Assembly: GCF_009914755.1 (NCBI RefSeq)
Contig: NC_060942.1
From: the human T2T-CHM13v2.0 reference genome, Homo sapiens
Strand: one strand, 5' to 3'
DNA: 64,000 nucleotides
Positions 12,010 to 24,668 of the stretch are shown here, piece after piece. Below the pieces are notes generated by a model. That model was not told the origin of the DNA, did not search any database, and worked only from the letters and a program-made list of their open reading frames with translations. The stretch's first letter is position 1; every line of letters starts with the position of its first letter. The translations under genes and the position numbers were made by a program.

Positions 12010-13729
12010 CACACCCAAAAGGGGAGGCCTGAGTCTGTTCATTACTTTTCTCTCCTTGTCATGTCCTCCACTGAGGGGTAGGGGGTGACATCAGATTAGA
12101 AAAAGGAAGCACCAAGTCAGCAAATTAGTTTTGCCTTTCCTTTTCTCAGTTTCTATTTATGACATTTTGGCCACAAAGCCTGCTTTGTGGTAGCAACACC
12201 TCTTTATTCTTATTTTAGGAGTACCTACTATGGGTCAATGCTTTAAGCTATAACATAAGTTGTTTCATTTTGTACTTATAGGTGGTTACTAATTCAGATG
12301 AGCAGTATTAATTTTTTAAAAGTGGAAGATGTTATTTTCAGCCAGTAGATGTTTGGGAAGATATCAGCTGTTTTATAAGGGTACATGCCAATGATGATTC
12401 TGCCTGATGAATCATCAAAAAGCCCCCTGATGAACATTCAGTCATTAACACCAATACAATAGACAGTTCTAATAAGCAGTTATTTTGAGGAGTATATTAT
12501 CAATATATATCTCTGAGACATTTTTTAAAGAAAACAATAAAACAACCTCTTACTTGACACTTTTGTTTTTTATAAACAAATCAAGACAAATATTCTGATC
12601 AATATTTATACATTTTGGAGTTTTCTCCACCAGGGATAATAAATTAGCAAAATATTAAAAATTGGAATTAGGATGAAAACAAAGGAAGCCAAGATGGATA
12701 GATAATGGCTTTTGCTAACATGCAGTAGGAAAGTTAATGGAATATTTCATGATTCTTTCTTAAATATTTGATGTAATAGTGTAACAATAAATATTTTTCA
12801 ATATGCAAGAACAAGAAAAGTTTTGCAACTTGAAAGTATTTAGAAATATTTATACATTCTATCTGTAACTAAGATTTAATCAAATATAGTTTAATCAAAT
12901 ATAATCTCAATATTTATAATTTTTTAATGACTACTTCTGCCTTTAAAAAAGCTAAATTGTCTATTATGTTTTTGCAGAAGCATTGATGAATCAGTTTATG
13001 AAATAAAATACCTATAATGATTTTTAAAAATCCATTAGAGTTGAAATTTTCTATTATCTTTTTTCATTGACTTAGTATGTACTCTTATAATTTTATAAAA
13101 AGGTATTTTATAGGAGGCAGAAGCTAAATGGAATATAATTCTCTTTTAGAAACACCTGCAATAGACATAATTGTTCAATTGACTTGAAGTTAAGGGATGT
13201 CTGATTGTTATTTCACGTATATTAAAAGTCATGAATGACAGTGACATTAAGCTATCTCCAAAGTCACTATTGCCATTATATCCACAAATGATTTTTATTA
13301 TTAAAGTTCATTATGTAATGAATATCTTTGTGTCACTGCCCTTTTTGTAACGTATATTTGTGAAGTTAGAATTCACTTTTGAAATGGTTTTCCTTCCAGG
13401 GTGTGTTCACATTTGATTTATGTTCATCATCATTCTTTATGGAATATATTGATTTAATGAAGCACCATATAGATGATTTGTTTCTAAATAAAGATTTACA
13501 AATGTTTACCCTAAGCACTAAATGGGAAAATCAGGTATACGTTAATTAGGATAGATAAAAATGTTAGCTGATTAGATTTTTACAAGTCAGATAATATTCT
13601 TTAGTCAATATCTTATACAAAGCCTATACGATAAATGAGCCAAAAGTTAGTTTGTTTGAAACTTTGATTGTGAATTCTACCTGGAAATATTTGAGTCTGT
13701 GGTAAATGGAGTAAGCATGTGTAACGGAA

Positions 13730-13930
13730 AGTAGTTATGGTGCAGGAGAAAGACTGTGAGCTTCAGAGTCAGATGTAGATGTAGATGGGCTCCATAATCT
13801 GGAAATAATTTTTAACCTCATTAAGTTCCAGAATTTTTTAAATTAAATGTCCTCATAAGAATATTGTAAAAATTGAATAAGATCATGCATATAACACATT
13901 CATAATGCTCGACATATGAAAGTCATCTTC
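13730..13930 (+). mobile_element. MIR SINE
   Basis: GCTTCAGAGTCAGA...TTTAACCTC...ATTGTAAAAATTGAATAAGATCATGCATATAA. Confidence 0.6.
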
Positions 13931-13937
13931 AATTAAG

Positions 13938-15330
13938 CATTTATCCATTTATTCAACAAATATCTTGTGAGCAGCTACAATGCAAGGGCAATCTGGTAGA
14001 TAGAGGATACCATTTTAATCAGATAAATTTAGTTTCTGTCCCGTAGAGTGTAGACCTAACAGTCAATAGTTTTTACCTCCCCTGTTTTCTGTCTTCATAC
14101 GCTGTTCTGTTTTATTCATTATATGACATTATATTGGGTAGAAATTTCCCTACCTGGGAAGACGCCAAATAATTCCTAGAAATGACATTGATTGATTTAA
14201 ATTTCAACAATTATGCATGATATAATATTGATAGTTAATAGCCCATAAGTTAACTAGGCTTTTTTGAAAATCAAATAGTAGCTAATACTTTCCCCACTTC
14301 TGGGGATATAATACTAACCAAGACAGAAATTACCCAATGCACTGTGAAGTTCATTGGAGAAGAGGGGTCTTACATATTGCAGATAGTTGAGTGACCAGTA
14401 TCTAGGGAGAGAAAGGAGGGAGAGCTGCTTGTGTAACTAGGTATAAGTGGTGCTTTTTACAGAGGTAAATGAGATTGGTACACTGAAAGAGCAATGGATT
14501 TTTTACAGGGAGTGTTTGTTTTGGTGGAAACATCTATTCAGTCATCTTCAGATGGGTCTGATTTGAAGCACACAAAACGTTTAACTTACAGACACTGGGC
14601 AGTTAGATGATAGTCAAGCACTTGAAGTTGGGATTTGGTATGAATTTGGACTCCATCTGTTAGAGGTGTGAACTTGAGCTCCTCTCTTTTCTAAGCCTCA
14701 TTTTCCTCATTTGTAAAGTGGTGATTATACTGTATTCAAAGGATTAATAGATAAATTAGTGAAAGCTCTTAATCTCAATATTGGCTCACACTAAGAACTC
14801 AACACATTTCAGTTATTAAGTTATGGTTTCGAGTACTATACGGATCAGGACATTGGAGACATCGCCTGGATTATCAGCATGGATTTCAGAATCCTAGACC
14901 CACAGGTGGCAAACAATCTTATGGGAAGGCAAAAGGCTATTGACAGTGAAGGAAGAACAAATACGAGACTCATCCTTATCCCTAGAAATTATAGTTGATA
15001 ATTAGAGAGGCAGAGCTGGCAAACGAAGCTGAGGAGGATCATCAAAAGGAAAAGGAGAAAAGCAGAAGAATGGGATAAGGCTTGAAAAACACTGAGTGCA
15101 GGAGGAGGACGTGGCTACCTCTGTCAAGCCATGCCAGATGATAAAATGAAGAATAAAAGGCATGCTTTGGATTTATGATACAGGAGTTGATGGTGAGCTT
15201 GGTGAGAGCTTGTCAGAGGGGAGGAAATAGGGCGAAGAACCCATACTGGAGTGGAAAGGGAAGAAATGGAAGAAACTATTACAAACTACTCTTTTAAGAT
15301 ATTTGAATGTGATCTTTTCAAAAAACTAGA
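13938..15330 (-). mobile_element. Fragmented L2 LINE, with a plus-strand MIR at ~14600-14820
   Basis: CATTTATTCAACAAATAT L2 tail and purine-rich L2 body at ~14850-15330; MIR core CTAAGCCTCATTTTCCTCATTTGTAAA at ~14690. Confidence 0.55.
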
Positions 15331-16797
15331 AATTTAATAATCGTTACGTTAGGTAGTAGGGTAAATTTTTTAATTAACTTGAGCCTTTTTAATGCTTTTA
15401 AGTAGAGGAAAACTGCTGCTTTTCTTGGCAGCTGGATTTTAAAGAGGGGGGACAATGGATTATTGTAGGGCAAGAAAGTAGTTGAAATGAGGAGTCGTGG
15501 TATCTAACCTCAATGCTAGAAGAAGCAATGGAGAAATTAGGGTGGAAAGCTGGAGAGCATGACAAAGCGGCAGAAAAGGTGTGCCTTTCTGAAGTGGTGA
15601 TGAGAGGCAATGCAGTCAGTCAGCTGGAGACCAGGAATACGTGCTCAATGAGCTATTGAGGATTTTCATCAAACACATTTCAACTCGTCATAGCTAAAAG
15701 TCAGCAGCCATAAGTTATATATTTTTCCCACCTGTAAAGGACACTGAATGGATGTTGAAAGCTCAAGATCCATTTCATTAGATTGGATCAGAAGTCTTAA
15801 TAATTTGAACAGAAAATGTAGCCTAACAGAGGCCTTTTGTCTCTCCCAAATTCCACACAGCAGGGGTGTTGAAGTCAGTAAAGCCTTAATTTCACCCTTC
15901 AGTGTCTCACAAGACTAAGAACCTCAATTTTGATGAAAGGGATGGAGAGATTTTATAAAGTTTTCTACCTGAAATGGAACAATTTTTATCCTTCTGAGTT
16001 TTCCACTTTACAAAAGCATTGGTTTTACAACAGGCTGTCTTTGCATTCGTTTTACTGAGGAAAGACAATGGCTTTTATGGCAGCCCCTGCTGCTGGGTTC
16101 TCGAAGCTTCAGTTTTCCCCTTAGCAAGGCAAAAACAGGAGGCCTGAGCCTGGTAACCTTAAAAATAGTATAAAATCTAAATTGGAATTTCAGTTTTCTC
16201 ATTGCTTAAAAATTCCTGGTAGTTAGTGTGTCCAGTCATTTCAGTGACTTAATTTCATTCTAAATTTTCAAACATTAACCATCTCCAGAGCTTCTAAGCA
16301 TTTCTTGGATAATGAGTTTTTGGTAATTTGGTAACATTTTCTTGGGTCTTACCTTTGATATACCAGGAAGAAGAGGAATATATGGAGCATAGTTTGGCTA
16401 TAAGAAGTAAACAAATTACATACTTTAAGTATATGTATATAATACACACACACACACATATATATATGCCTGTATGCATTTTGTAATGTATTTAAAATCA
16501 CCAACTCTATCCTATGTTTAATGTTTATGATGAAATATATTAATGTAAGGAGAAAATATTAAGTTACCACACAATCCTAAAAATAAAAAGAGTAATTGCC
16601 TTGTCATCTACACTAGCTCAGATTTTTGTTTGTGTGTTTTTTATTTCATTTTCCTCTAACATCAGAATTTCCTAGGACTAAGTTTGATAATTATACGCAC
16701 CTTGCTGGGAAGATCTACAAGGAAACAAAGGCCAATGTAGTCTGTGAAGGGCCCAGATACTTGGATTTACAATTATTTGATAAAAGTATTCAAGATG

Positions 16798-16935
16798 TAT
16801 ATATAACACATATATGAGTAGTTTATACATTATATAATTATATATATTATACATAATATATACAATTATATGCATTATATATTATACATTATATGCATGT
16901 ATAATACATACATATACTATGCATTATATAATATG
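16798..16935. repeat. AT-rich (TA)n-like low-complexity tract
   Basis: Degenerate TATA/CATTATA repeats. Confidence 0.85.
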
Positions 16936-18329
16936 TTTATGGGCTATTTTTAAATCATAGGTGTTCTTGGGATACCGGCAAAGGAAAATCTCAATGACTT
17001 AATACTTTAATATTTAAATATATGGTAAAGTAATACAGTAAGTAACACAAGGAAAATCAGTGACCAGCACCTCAGATAATGATGATGTGTGGATGGACAC
17101 AATCAGGTGTGCTATAGGTGGTTGCACAGCTTGGGCCAAAATGACTGCCTCGGGGCAAAACGGAGCTGAAATTAAGGATGTGCTGAATTCCTCATGTCAT
17201 GGGCTCTGGCCTTCTGCTCTATCTCTGTTGGGGAATAACTACTATACTCTTCACAAAGCCAGCATGTGGTCTACGTGCTATAACTGAGAAATTGTGTAAA
17301 TGTGAGGGTCCAAAATTGTGAGCACTGATTGAAAGATGCCCTTTGAAAATCACCAGGAATCAGAATTTTGGATGGTTGCTTTAATTTTTCTATATCTTCA
17401 ATAGGCTCTATGGTTACTTAAGGATATTATAGTAGAAAAGACTTGTTGAAAAGTAAACAGGAATAAGGTGCAATGTCAAGAAACCTATAGCAAATGCAAG
17501 ATCACAGTAGCAGTTACACGAACACATACACTTTTTTTTTTCAAATGAGCACATGATTTATTTGAAAAGTCTACTTTATTTTAACTGCTAGAGAATACTC
17601 TATTGTGATTTTATTTTTACAGCATGTCTCATTCAGAGGCATGATCAGTAAATCTTTTACATTACAATAACATTAGACACCTCAAAATTTAAGTAGATTT
17701 AACACTTTGAGTAGATAAACTTACAGTGTGATGACATTGTGGCCACATTTTTTTTCAAGGCAAATATGATCTGTAAGTCGCATTGTATTGACCAGAGAAA
17801 TTTTTGTTTGTTTGTTTTATATAATGAAGGCTTTACATTTGTCAACTGCTGGATTCTCAAGCTAAGATGGAAGGCATTTATTGCACTTTATATGAATACA
17901 TTTTAAGATACTTGTATTATTTAAGATAAGCTAAACTGCTATGACATTTTGGACTCAAAAGACGTAATGGTAGAATATACTAGAGTTTTTAGTACGTTCA
18001 TATAGCAATCTAATTTGGACGAACACCTTCCATGTTGTAGTTTTGATTTCCTGAGGAAAGCATTCTCAACATGGGCCATATCATCTGGGGTTGAAGATTT
18101 TTTCGGTTGGGGGGTGTGAGAGGTGGAAACAATGTTACAATAGTCTGTGGTCCTCCAAGGAGCCACAGTTTATAAACATATATAGCATACCCATGCTATT
18201 AAAATTTTATGAAGAAGTAGGATTAGGACAAATGTCTAAAAAGGCTCCTTGGGAAAAGTAAGAATGGGGTCAGGGGAGTGTTGAGAAACACTAGTGGGGG
18301 CCTTGTTCTTGCTTTTTGCTCCCATCTGG

Positions 18330-18530
18330 CAGAAGATGATAGAGAGCACAGGTATGTATCCTTAGGGAAGCCTTATGACCAAGCCTGGAAGTGGCAGGTA
18401 CCTCTCACCCATATCCATTGGCTAAAACTCAGTCACATGACCATAGCTAGTTGTAAGGGAGGCTAAGAAATGTAGTCTAGCTGTGTGTCTAGGAACAAGA
18501 GGAATATTGGTTGTGGTAGCTATATAGTGT
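18330..18530 (-). mobile_element. Old MLT1-type LTR fragment
   Basis: CCATTGGCTAAAACTCAGTCACATGACC...AAGGGAGGCTAAGAAATGTAGTCTAG. Confidence 0.6.
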
Positions 18531-18590
18531 CTTTTAATTGCAATTCATAGATGTGTATGTACACAAAGTGGGTATTCTATACACAAACTG

Positions 18591-18936
18591 TATTCTATAA
18601 ATTTGCTTTTATTGCTAATCTTATCTAAACATTCAGTGAATGTTTACTGAACTGTTTGTTGAACTGATGTATGAATCTCTTTTCTTCTAACATGACTTGT
18701 ATATCCCAGCTCTGTACATCTTGTCAGATTTTTGACCAATTATAGAGAATTATGAGTCCAATAATAAGAATTATTTCTTTTTAAGTCCTGACACTAGATA
18801 ACCTACCAGTATTTCCATGAATTTAGTCCAGGCTTTTGCTGTTGTCTTCCTTTTTTACTCCATTATTTCGGCATTAAATATAAATAACTGTATTATTCTA
18901 TAAATTTGCTTTTATTGCTAATCTTATCTAAACATT
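18591..18936. repeat. 43-bp perfect dispersed direct repeat
   Basis: TATTCTATAAATTTGCTTTTATTGCTAATCTTATCTAAACATT at 18591-18633 and 18894-18936. Confidence 0.95.
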
Positions 18937-19639
18937 TTGAATTTTATAAAAATTTCTCTTTGAACTATTATTTGTATAGATATAAGTCATTTCTAATGGA
19001 GAAGCAGTACTTTTCTTAACAGTAACCAGATGGAAAAATGGCAAAATTTTCTAGACCACATCATAGTTTTGGATGAATTATGTTGATAAAGATCATAGAT
19101 ATTTAGACCACCTTAAAATGCATCCTTGGTGTATACAATTATTTTAGTATGTTCCTTAGATTAACATTCACTCCCTTTTTCCATTTTACACAAAAATCTT
19201 CTGAAAAAATTCCTAGAGATTAATTATTCTACCTATTCAACAATATCTTAGTTTGAGATTATATTTGAGGTAATAGGATTTGGGGAGAAGATACTAAACA
19301 AAACACCGTTATGACAGTCAAGAGACTTTGGTGTTCCATCTGTCCTCAGTTTGAAACATACAGATCATTAAACCAATCTGTACCTTAATTTCATTTTCAG
19401 TAAATACAGAAGCTTCTTTAGTGCAGCTTTACAATTCCTTCCACTTTATTGACGACTGATACAGGAAGGCTTCTCTCTTTCTAAATCTGCTTTCTGCTCT
19501 TGAATAATAACACAAATAAAATGTAATGTCCAGTAGACATCTTGAGAGCACTTTGTGTTATTTGTTGAAGTGGGTATTCATTAGTATTTTTGACTAAAAA
19601 TATAGTGCACATTCATGTTTTTAAATCTGTTTCTGCCAA

Positions 19640-19850
19640 GATAAGTTGAGCAATTACAATTTCCTCTGCTCTAAACACTTAAATAGTGTTATTTTATTTA
19701 CTCCTCACAAAAAAAAAATATTAGGAAGAGATTATTCTTTTGCCATTTCTATTTTATAAGGGAGGAAATTGAAGTGGAGGTAGGACCCAACATTTGTTAG
19801 TGGAGAATTGGGTTTAGAACCAGGGCTGGCTGACTCTAACAATGACTCCA
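19640..19850 (-). mobile_element. MIR SINE
   Basis: ATTTCTATTTTATAAGGGAGGAAATTGAAG...GTTAGTGGAGAATTGGGTTTAGAACCAGGG. Confidence 0.65.
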
Positions 19851-21414
19851 GCACAAATCTGAATTGTTTATCCACAACCTTGTAATAAGATTTCACAAAG
19901 AAAATGTCCATGTTTCTTTTTGCTATTTTTTTCACAACTTGAAATTGAATTTTAAGGAGATAAGTTCATTTTTACCTATCAATTATTTTTATCTCAAGTT
20001 TTTGGAGGCCAAATATTCTTAGTTTTAAATGTAATAATGGTTCTTTGTGATTTTTCTCCATCAAACATTTCCATGCCCTCCACATCACTTAATCTGGTAA
20101 CATTTGACTTTCTTGGGTATTGACATTGGGAGAGTCATTCATAAGTTAGAAGAAGCCTGTTCAAAATACTTAATGAGTATGTCTATTATTGTTCATTGTG
20201 GAGCTATAATTTCCTTAGATTGCTCGATTATATTTTGTGATAATATATTGGAATACAGTGTCAGCTTAAATATTTATTGTTGTATTATACTGTGTCAGGC
20301 TTTATTACAATCATATCAGTTCCAAATTGTAGCAGAAGTTTGTGTGTTGTGAGTTCTACAATATGATCATATAAATGTAATTAGGATGATTGCCATTAGC
20401 TGAAACTTTTATGGTCCTCTTAATTTTGAATCTGAAACATAACTAAAGAACATATACAAAAACCAACTAACCAAAGAAAAATCCATAACAACGTGACTTT
20501 TAGCTACTATGAGTGTATCCCAAAGGAACATTTGACAGGCCGGGAGAGGTATTTATGCATTATAATAACAAAAATTAGGCTTCCTTTTAAATGAGACAGT
20601 AAATGCTTTCACATGGCACTAGATAAATGTCCTTTCACCTATGAAGAATTATTACTGATGAAAAATTATGTCACCGAGGCAGTTAATTTCTACTATGTCC
20701 ACATTCACAGGTAATGAGGCAACTCTCTAGGCTCTGTACTTATAGTAAACTAGTAATTTAACTAAATTTCTTAGTGTAGTAGCAAATAATTTGGGAAATT
20801 CTATGAATTATTTTAAATGAAAATGACTTATCTACCTAAAGTAGTTGTCGGCAAACTCTATGAAGATTCATTTTGGGGAGTTTCTTTTTTTGACTATCAG
20901 AAAATTGAAGATTTAGCTCCTTTCATTACCATAGTGAGCCAAGTGAATATCTCTTTGATAAGAAGATAAATCATCAATAATTTATTTTATCCTCTTTTTC
21001 AAAAGTAACTTTCTATTGTAGCATGTATGTTTTCTTTAAAGCAGAAAGCTGTAATAAAACTGAAATAACACAGGTCTACAATTAATTCCACTCATGATTT
21101 CTGAGGAAGCTCAATGTTTTTTAACTTCTATGAAAACAGATTTAAGTTTGGCCCAGGTATTTAACTGACAATAAATCTCATCCTAAGTCAATTCTAAGAG
21201 GAAATAATTTTTACACACATATAAAAACAGATAAAATATTCAGTAATTATCCATTGAGAGGGAAAAACTGTAAAAAAAATTTCAGTAATTAGAAGTCACA
21301 TGACAATAGCAATTTTAACAGTGCCTTTTCTTTGACTTTTTTTTCAGCAAATACTATATTCAAACGTAGTTATGATTGTGATGTTTATGTAAAGCTTTAA
21401 ATGTCTCTCAGATT

Positions 21415-22495
21415 TTTGTTCATTCAATGAATATTTAGTACCTCCTCTGCTTTACACTGTTCTTAAGATATAGGTACATTTCAATTAAAAAAAAATAGAC
21501 ACAAAATCCATGCCTATTTGAGGACATAGTATGCTGAGAAAAGACATATAATGAATATCTGGCTACATTTGATATTTGGGTAGGTGGCGGTGAGTCCTAT
21601 GGAGAAACAGAAAGCCAGGGAGGTGGTCAGGATGCCTGTAGTGATGTGGGTGCATGCCCCGGCTTGCCACTAAATAGGATAATCAGAAAAGACTGCATCT
21701 ATAAGGTGACATTGAAACTGATACTTAGAAGAGATGAAGGAATGAGCTAGCCATGGTCATGACTTGGGGAACATTTTGCCAATCAGAGCTAGAGAGATTT
21801 TTAAGATAAACATGTGCCCAGTGTGTTGGAAGCCACTGTGGCTAAATGGATAGTGCAAGAAACACAGTGGCAGAAGATGGGATTTCGAATCTATTTTGAA
21901 GGTAAGGTTGAGAAGATGTGCTGATGGATGAGAGAGAACGTGAGGAGTCAAGAATGACTCCGGGTAACAAGAGGAAGAGTGGAAATGACATTAATGATAT
22001 AGAAATGAATGTGTATCAGCCGTATTTTGGAGAGAGGATTAAGAGGTGTTTGTGTTGGTTTGGTTTGCCTTTGGATTTAGTTTGGTTTTTTAATTTGTTT
22101 TATCTATGTTAACTTTGAAATACCCATTAGACAACCATGTGGCGATGTCAAATAGGCTGTAGGTATCTGAATTTCAGGGGATCTGTTAGGTTGGATAATG
22201 TAAACTGGGCGTCTTCAGCTTATAATGTTGGTTTAAGCTGTGAAACGGGAAGAAATACCCAGATGAACACGAATTGATAGAAAAGCAACCAGGCCAGAAG
22301 ATTTTGCCTTGAAGTTTTCAAGGTTCAGAAGTCAGGGACAGGCCTTGGACCCATTAGGGATACTGAGAATGAGTGGCCAGTGTTGAGGAGTAAGATGTGC
22401 AAGTGCAGCATCCTGGAGCTGAAGGAAGGAGGGAAGGGAGAAGAGGGAAGGCAAAGAGAGATGATAGTGGGTTCACCTGCTGATGCCTGAGAACT
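21415..22495 (-). mobile_element. L2 (L2a-like) LINE
   Basis: TTCATTCAATGAATATTT tail, then AGGTGACATTGAA..., GGAGTCAAGAATGACTCC, TTGAAATACCCATTAGACA. Confidence 0.8.
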
Positions 22496-22564
22496 GTCCA
22501 TGGTTCCCACTCTCCTCCTCATGTTCATGCCCCTTCTGCTTAGTGCTCCACATCTCATTCTTTA

Positions 22565-22885
22565 CAGATTGAGCATCCCTGATCCAAAAACCTGAAAACC
22601 AAAATACTCCAAAATATGCAGTGTTTCCAGCAGACATGATGCTACAAGTGGAAAATTCCAAGTCTGGCTTCATGCAATGGATGCACAAAATTACTTAATA
22701 TTTTGTGTGAAATTATCTAAAGGCTCTGTGTATAAGACTTATATGAAACAAAAATGAATTTTGTGTTTAGACTTGGGTCCCATTCCCAAGATATCTCATT
22801 GGCAAATATGCCAAAATAAAAAAAAAAATCCAAAATCTGAAATACTTCTGGTCCCAAACATGTTGTATAGCGGTTATTCAGCCTG
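22565..22885 (+). mobile_element. Tigger4b/MER46-like (Zombi) DNA transposon
   Basis: TIRs CAGATTGAGCATCCCT and GGTTATTCAGCCTG, TA on both sides; AAATCTGAAATACTTCTGGTCCCAA motif. Confidence 0.85.
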
Positions 22886-23355
22886 TATTTTCTGTCACAT
22901 TTTGATACAAAAATCCAAATGATATACCTGTTAAAGGAAGCAAATTGTGCAAAAATAACGCTTGGTATTTAGCTGTAGGTAGAGGTGTTCCTCTTTGTTC
23001 ACCTCTCCAGTAGTTTTGTATTTCTCATTCATCTTCCAGTAAAGGCAGTAAGATTCTTTCAGCCCCTTGGTATAGAAGGAATAGATTGTTACAGGAGTCT
23101 TAGTTTTCTACTTTTAGAAATATGCAACAGTTTTATTTTTCCTTGTATTACCTTTATTACTGCATTTGTTTTTAGAAACGGATGATTCCCTAATGTATAC
23201 AGCATGCTTCCTATAAGCATGGTTTCTAAGGACTTCAAATTAGCATACTTCCTAAATACCTTGTGTGACTGGATCAAATAAAGATGTTCATTTTAATGCC
23301 TGAAAATGAATTAATTGTTCTTTAGACAGTTCAGAAACTTGTCAGGACAACTTTC

Positions 23356-23497
23356 ATATATATATATATACACATACATACATATATATACATACACATA
23401 TATACACATATACACACATATACACATATACATATATACATATATAATATATATACACATATACACACACACACACACCCAACACACATATACATAC
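23356..23497. repeat. (TA)/(TATACA)/(CA) compound microsatellite
   Basis: Direct reading. Confidence 0.95.
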
Positions 23498-23499
23498 GT

Positions 23500-24150
23500 A
23501 AGTCAATTACTATTATTGACAGTTGTGTTCCATAAAGACCCTACAGGAAACAAAGTAGTGAATACTGAATAAATGCTTCTAGGGGAAATACAGGTTTAGG
23601 CTTTTGCAAGCCTCTGATCACAACATTTTGCCAACCACTTAATCCATAATCTTGTTTAATATGTGTTTCTGTTTAAAGATGTCGTATTTAATATGCATTG
23701 TTGATTCATTAACATTGACCTTATAACCAACAACACTATAACTCATAGGGAGTAAAATTGACCTAACACATGTGTTTTCTCCCTAAGGCACATCACAGCC
23801 TTCTAGCACTTAGGAACATTAGACAGCACTTTAGCAAAATGCTTGGTGGTCATTTCAAACAGATAAATTACCAACACAAAGCACAAAAATGTCAAAAACG
23901 TGGCACCAGATAAGCCTCAAAAAGATACTTGTTCACAGAACGAGAGCTGAAACCAGAAGCTGAATGTAGCCTTGTTTGACCTCAGCTGGAAACGTGGTCA
24001 TCCATCTGGAGACTGAAATTGTTTGTCACTTTGCATATGCTGACAAATGATCCCCAAAGTGCTCTGAGTATTGATTTGGGGATTACAAATACATTTTCAT
24101 GAGTAGGTGACTTTGCAAAAATGCAATCCACACATAATGAAGATTGACTC
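23500..24150. mobile_element. MER82 (TcMar-Tigger), near full length
   Basis: AGTCAATTACTATTATT start and ATAATGAAGATTGACT end form inverted termini; internal CTAGGGGAAATACAGG and GACCTCAGCTGG motifs; ~650 bp. Confidence 0.8.
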
Positions 24151-24201
24151 CATTTTTAATTGTTCACCAGTCTGGATGTACTCATTTATCAACCACCAAT
24201 G

Positions 24202-24668
24202 TTTTTATTTTATTTTATATTTTAAGTTTTGGGATACATGTGCAGAACGTGCAGTTCTGTTACATAGGTATACATGTGCCATGGTGGTTTGCTGCACCCA
24301 TCAACCTGTCACCTACATTAGGTATTTCTCCTAACGCTATCCCTCCCCTATCCCCCTACCCCACCAGCCCCCTGACAGGCCCAGGTATGTGATATTCCCT
24401 CCCTGTGTCCATGTGTACTCATTGTTCAACTCCCACTTACGAGTGAGAGCATGCGATGTTTGGTTTTCTGTTCTTGTGATAGTTTGCTGAGAATGATGGT
24501 TTCCAGCTTCATCCATGTCTCTGGAAAGGACATGAACTCATCCTTTTTTATGGCTGCATAGTATTCCATGGTATATATGTGTCACATTTTCTTTATCCAG
24601 TCTATCAATGGTGGACATTTGGGTTGGTTCCAAGTCTTTGCTGTTGTGAATAGTGCTGCAATAAACAT
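24202..24668 (-). mobile_element. L1PA (PA7/8-like) 3' end, 5'-truncated
   Basis: T-tail, then GGGATACATGTGCAGAACGTGCAG...GGACATTTGGGTTGGTTCCAAGTCTTTGC. Confidence 0.95.

Noticed and set aside
18591-18936. Direct repeats as a CRISPR-like array
   Set aside because: Only two copies, a 260-bp spacer, primate genomic context and no cas genes.
23315-23572. Low-complexity YIHIYT ORF (likewise the CVCV/THTH ORFs at 31523-31813)
   Set aside because: Microsatellite translations.
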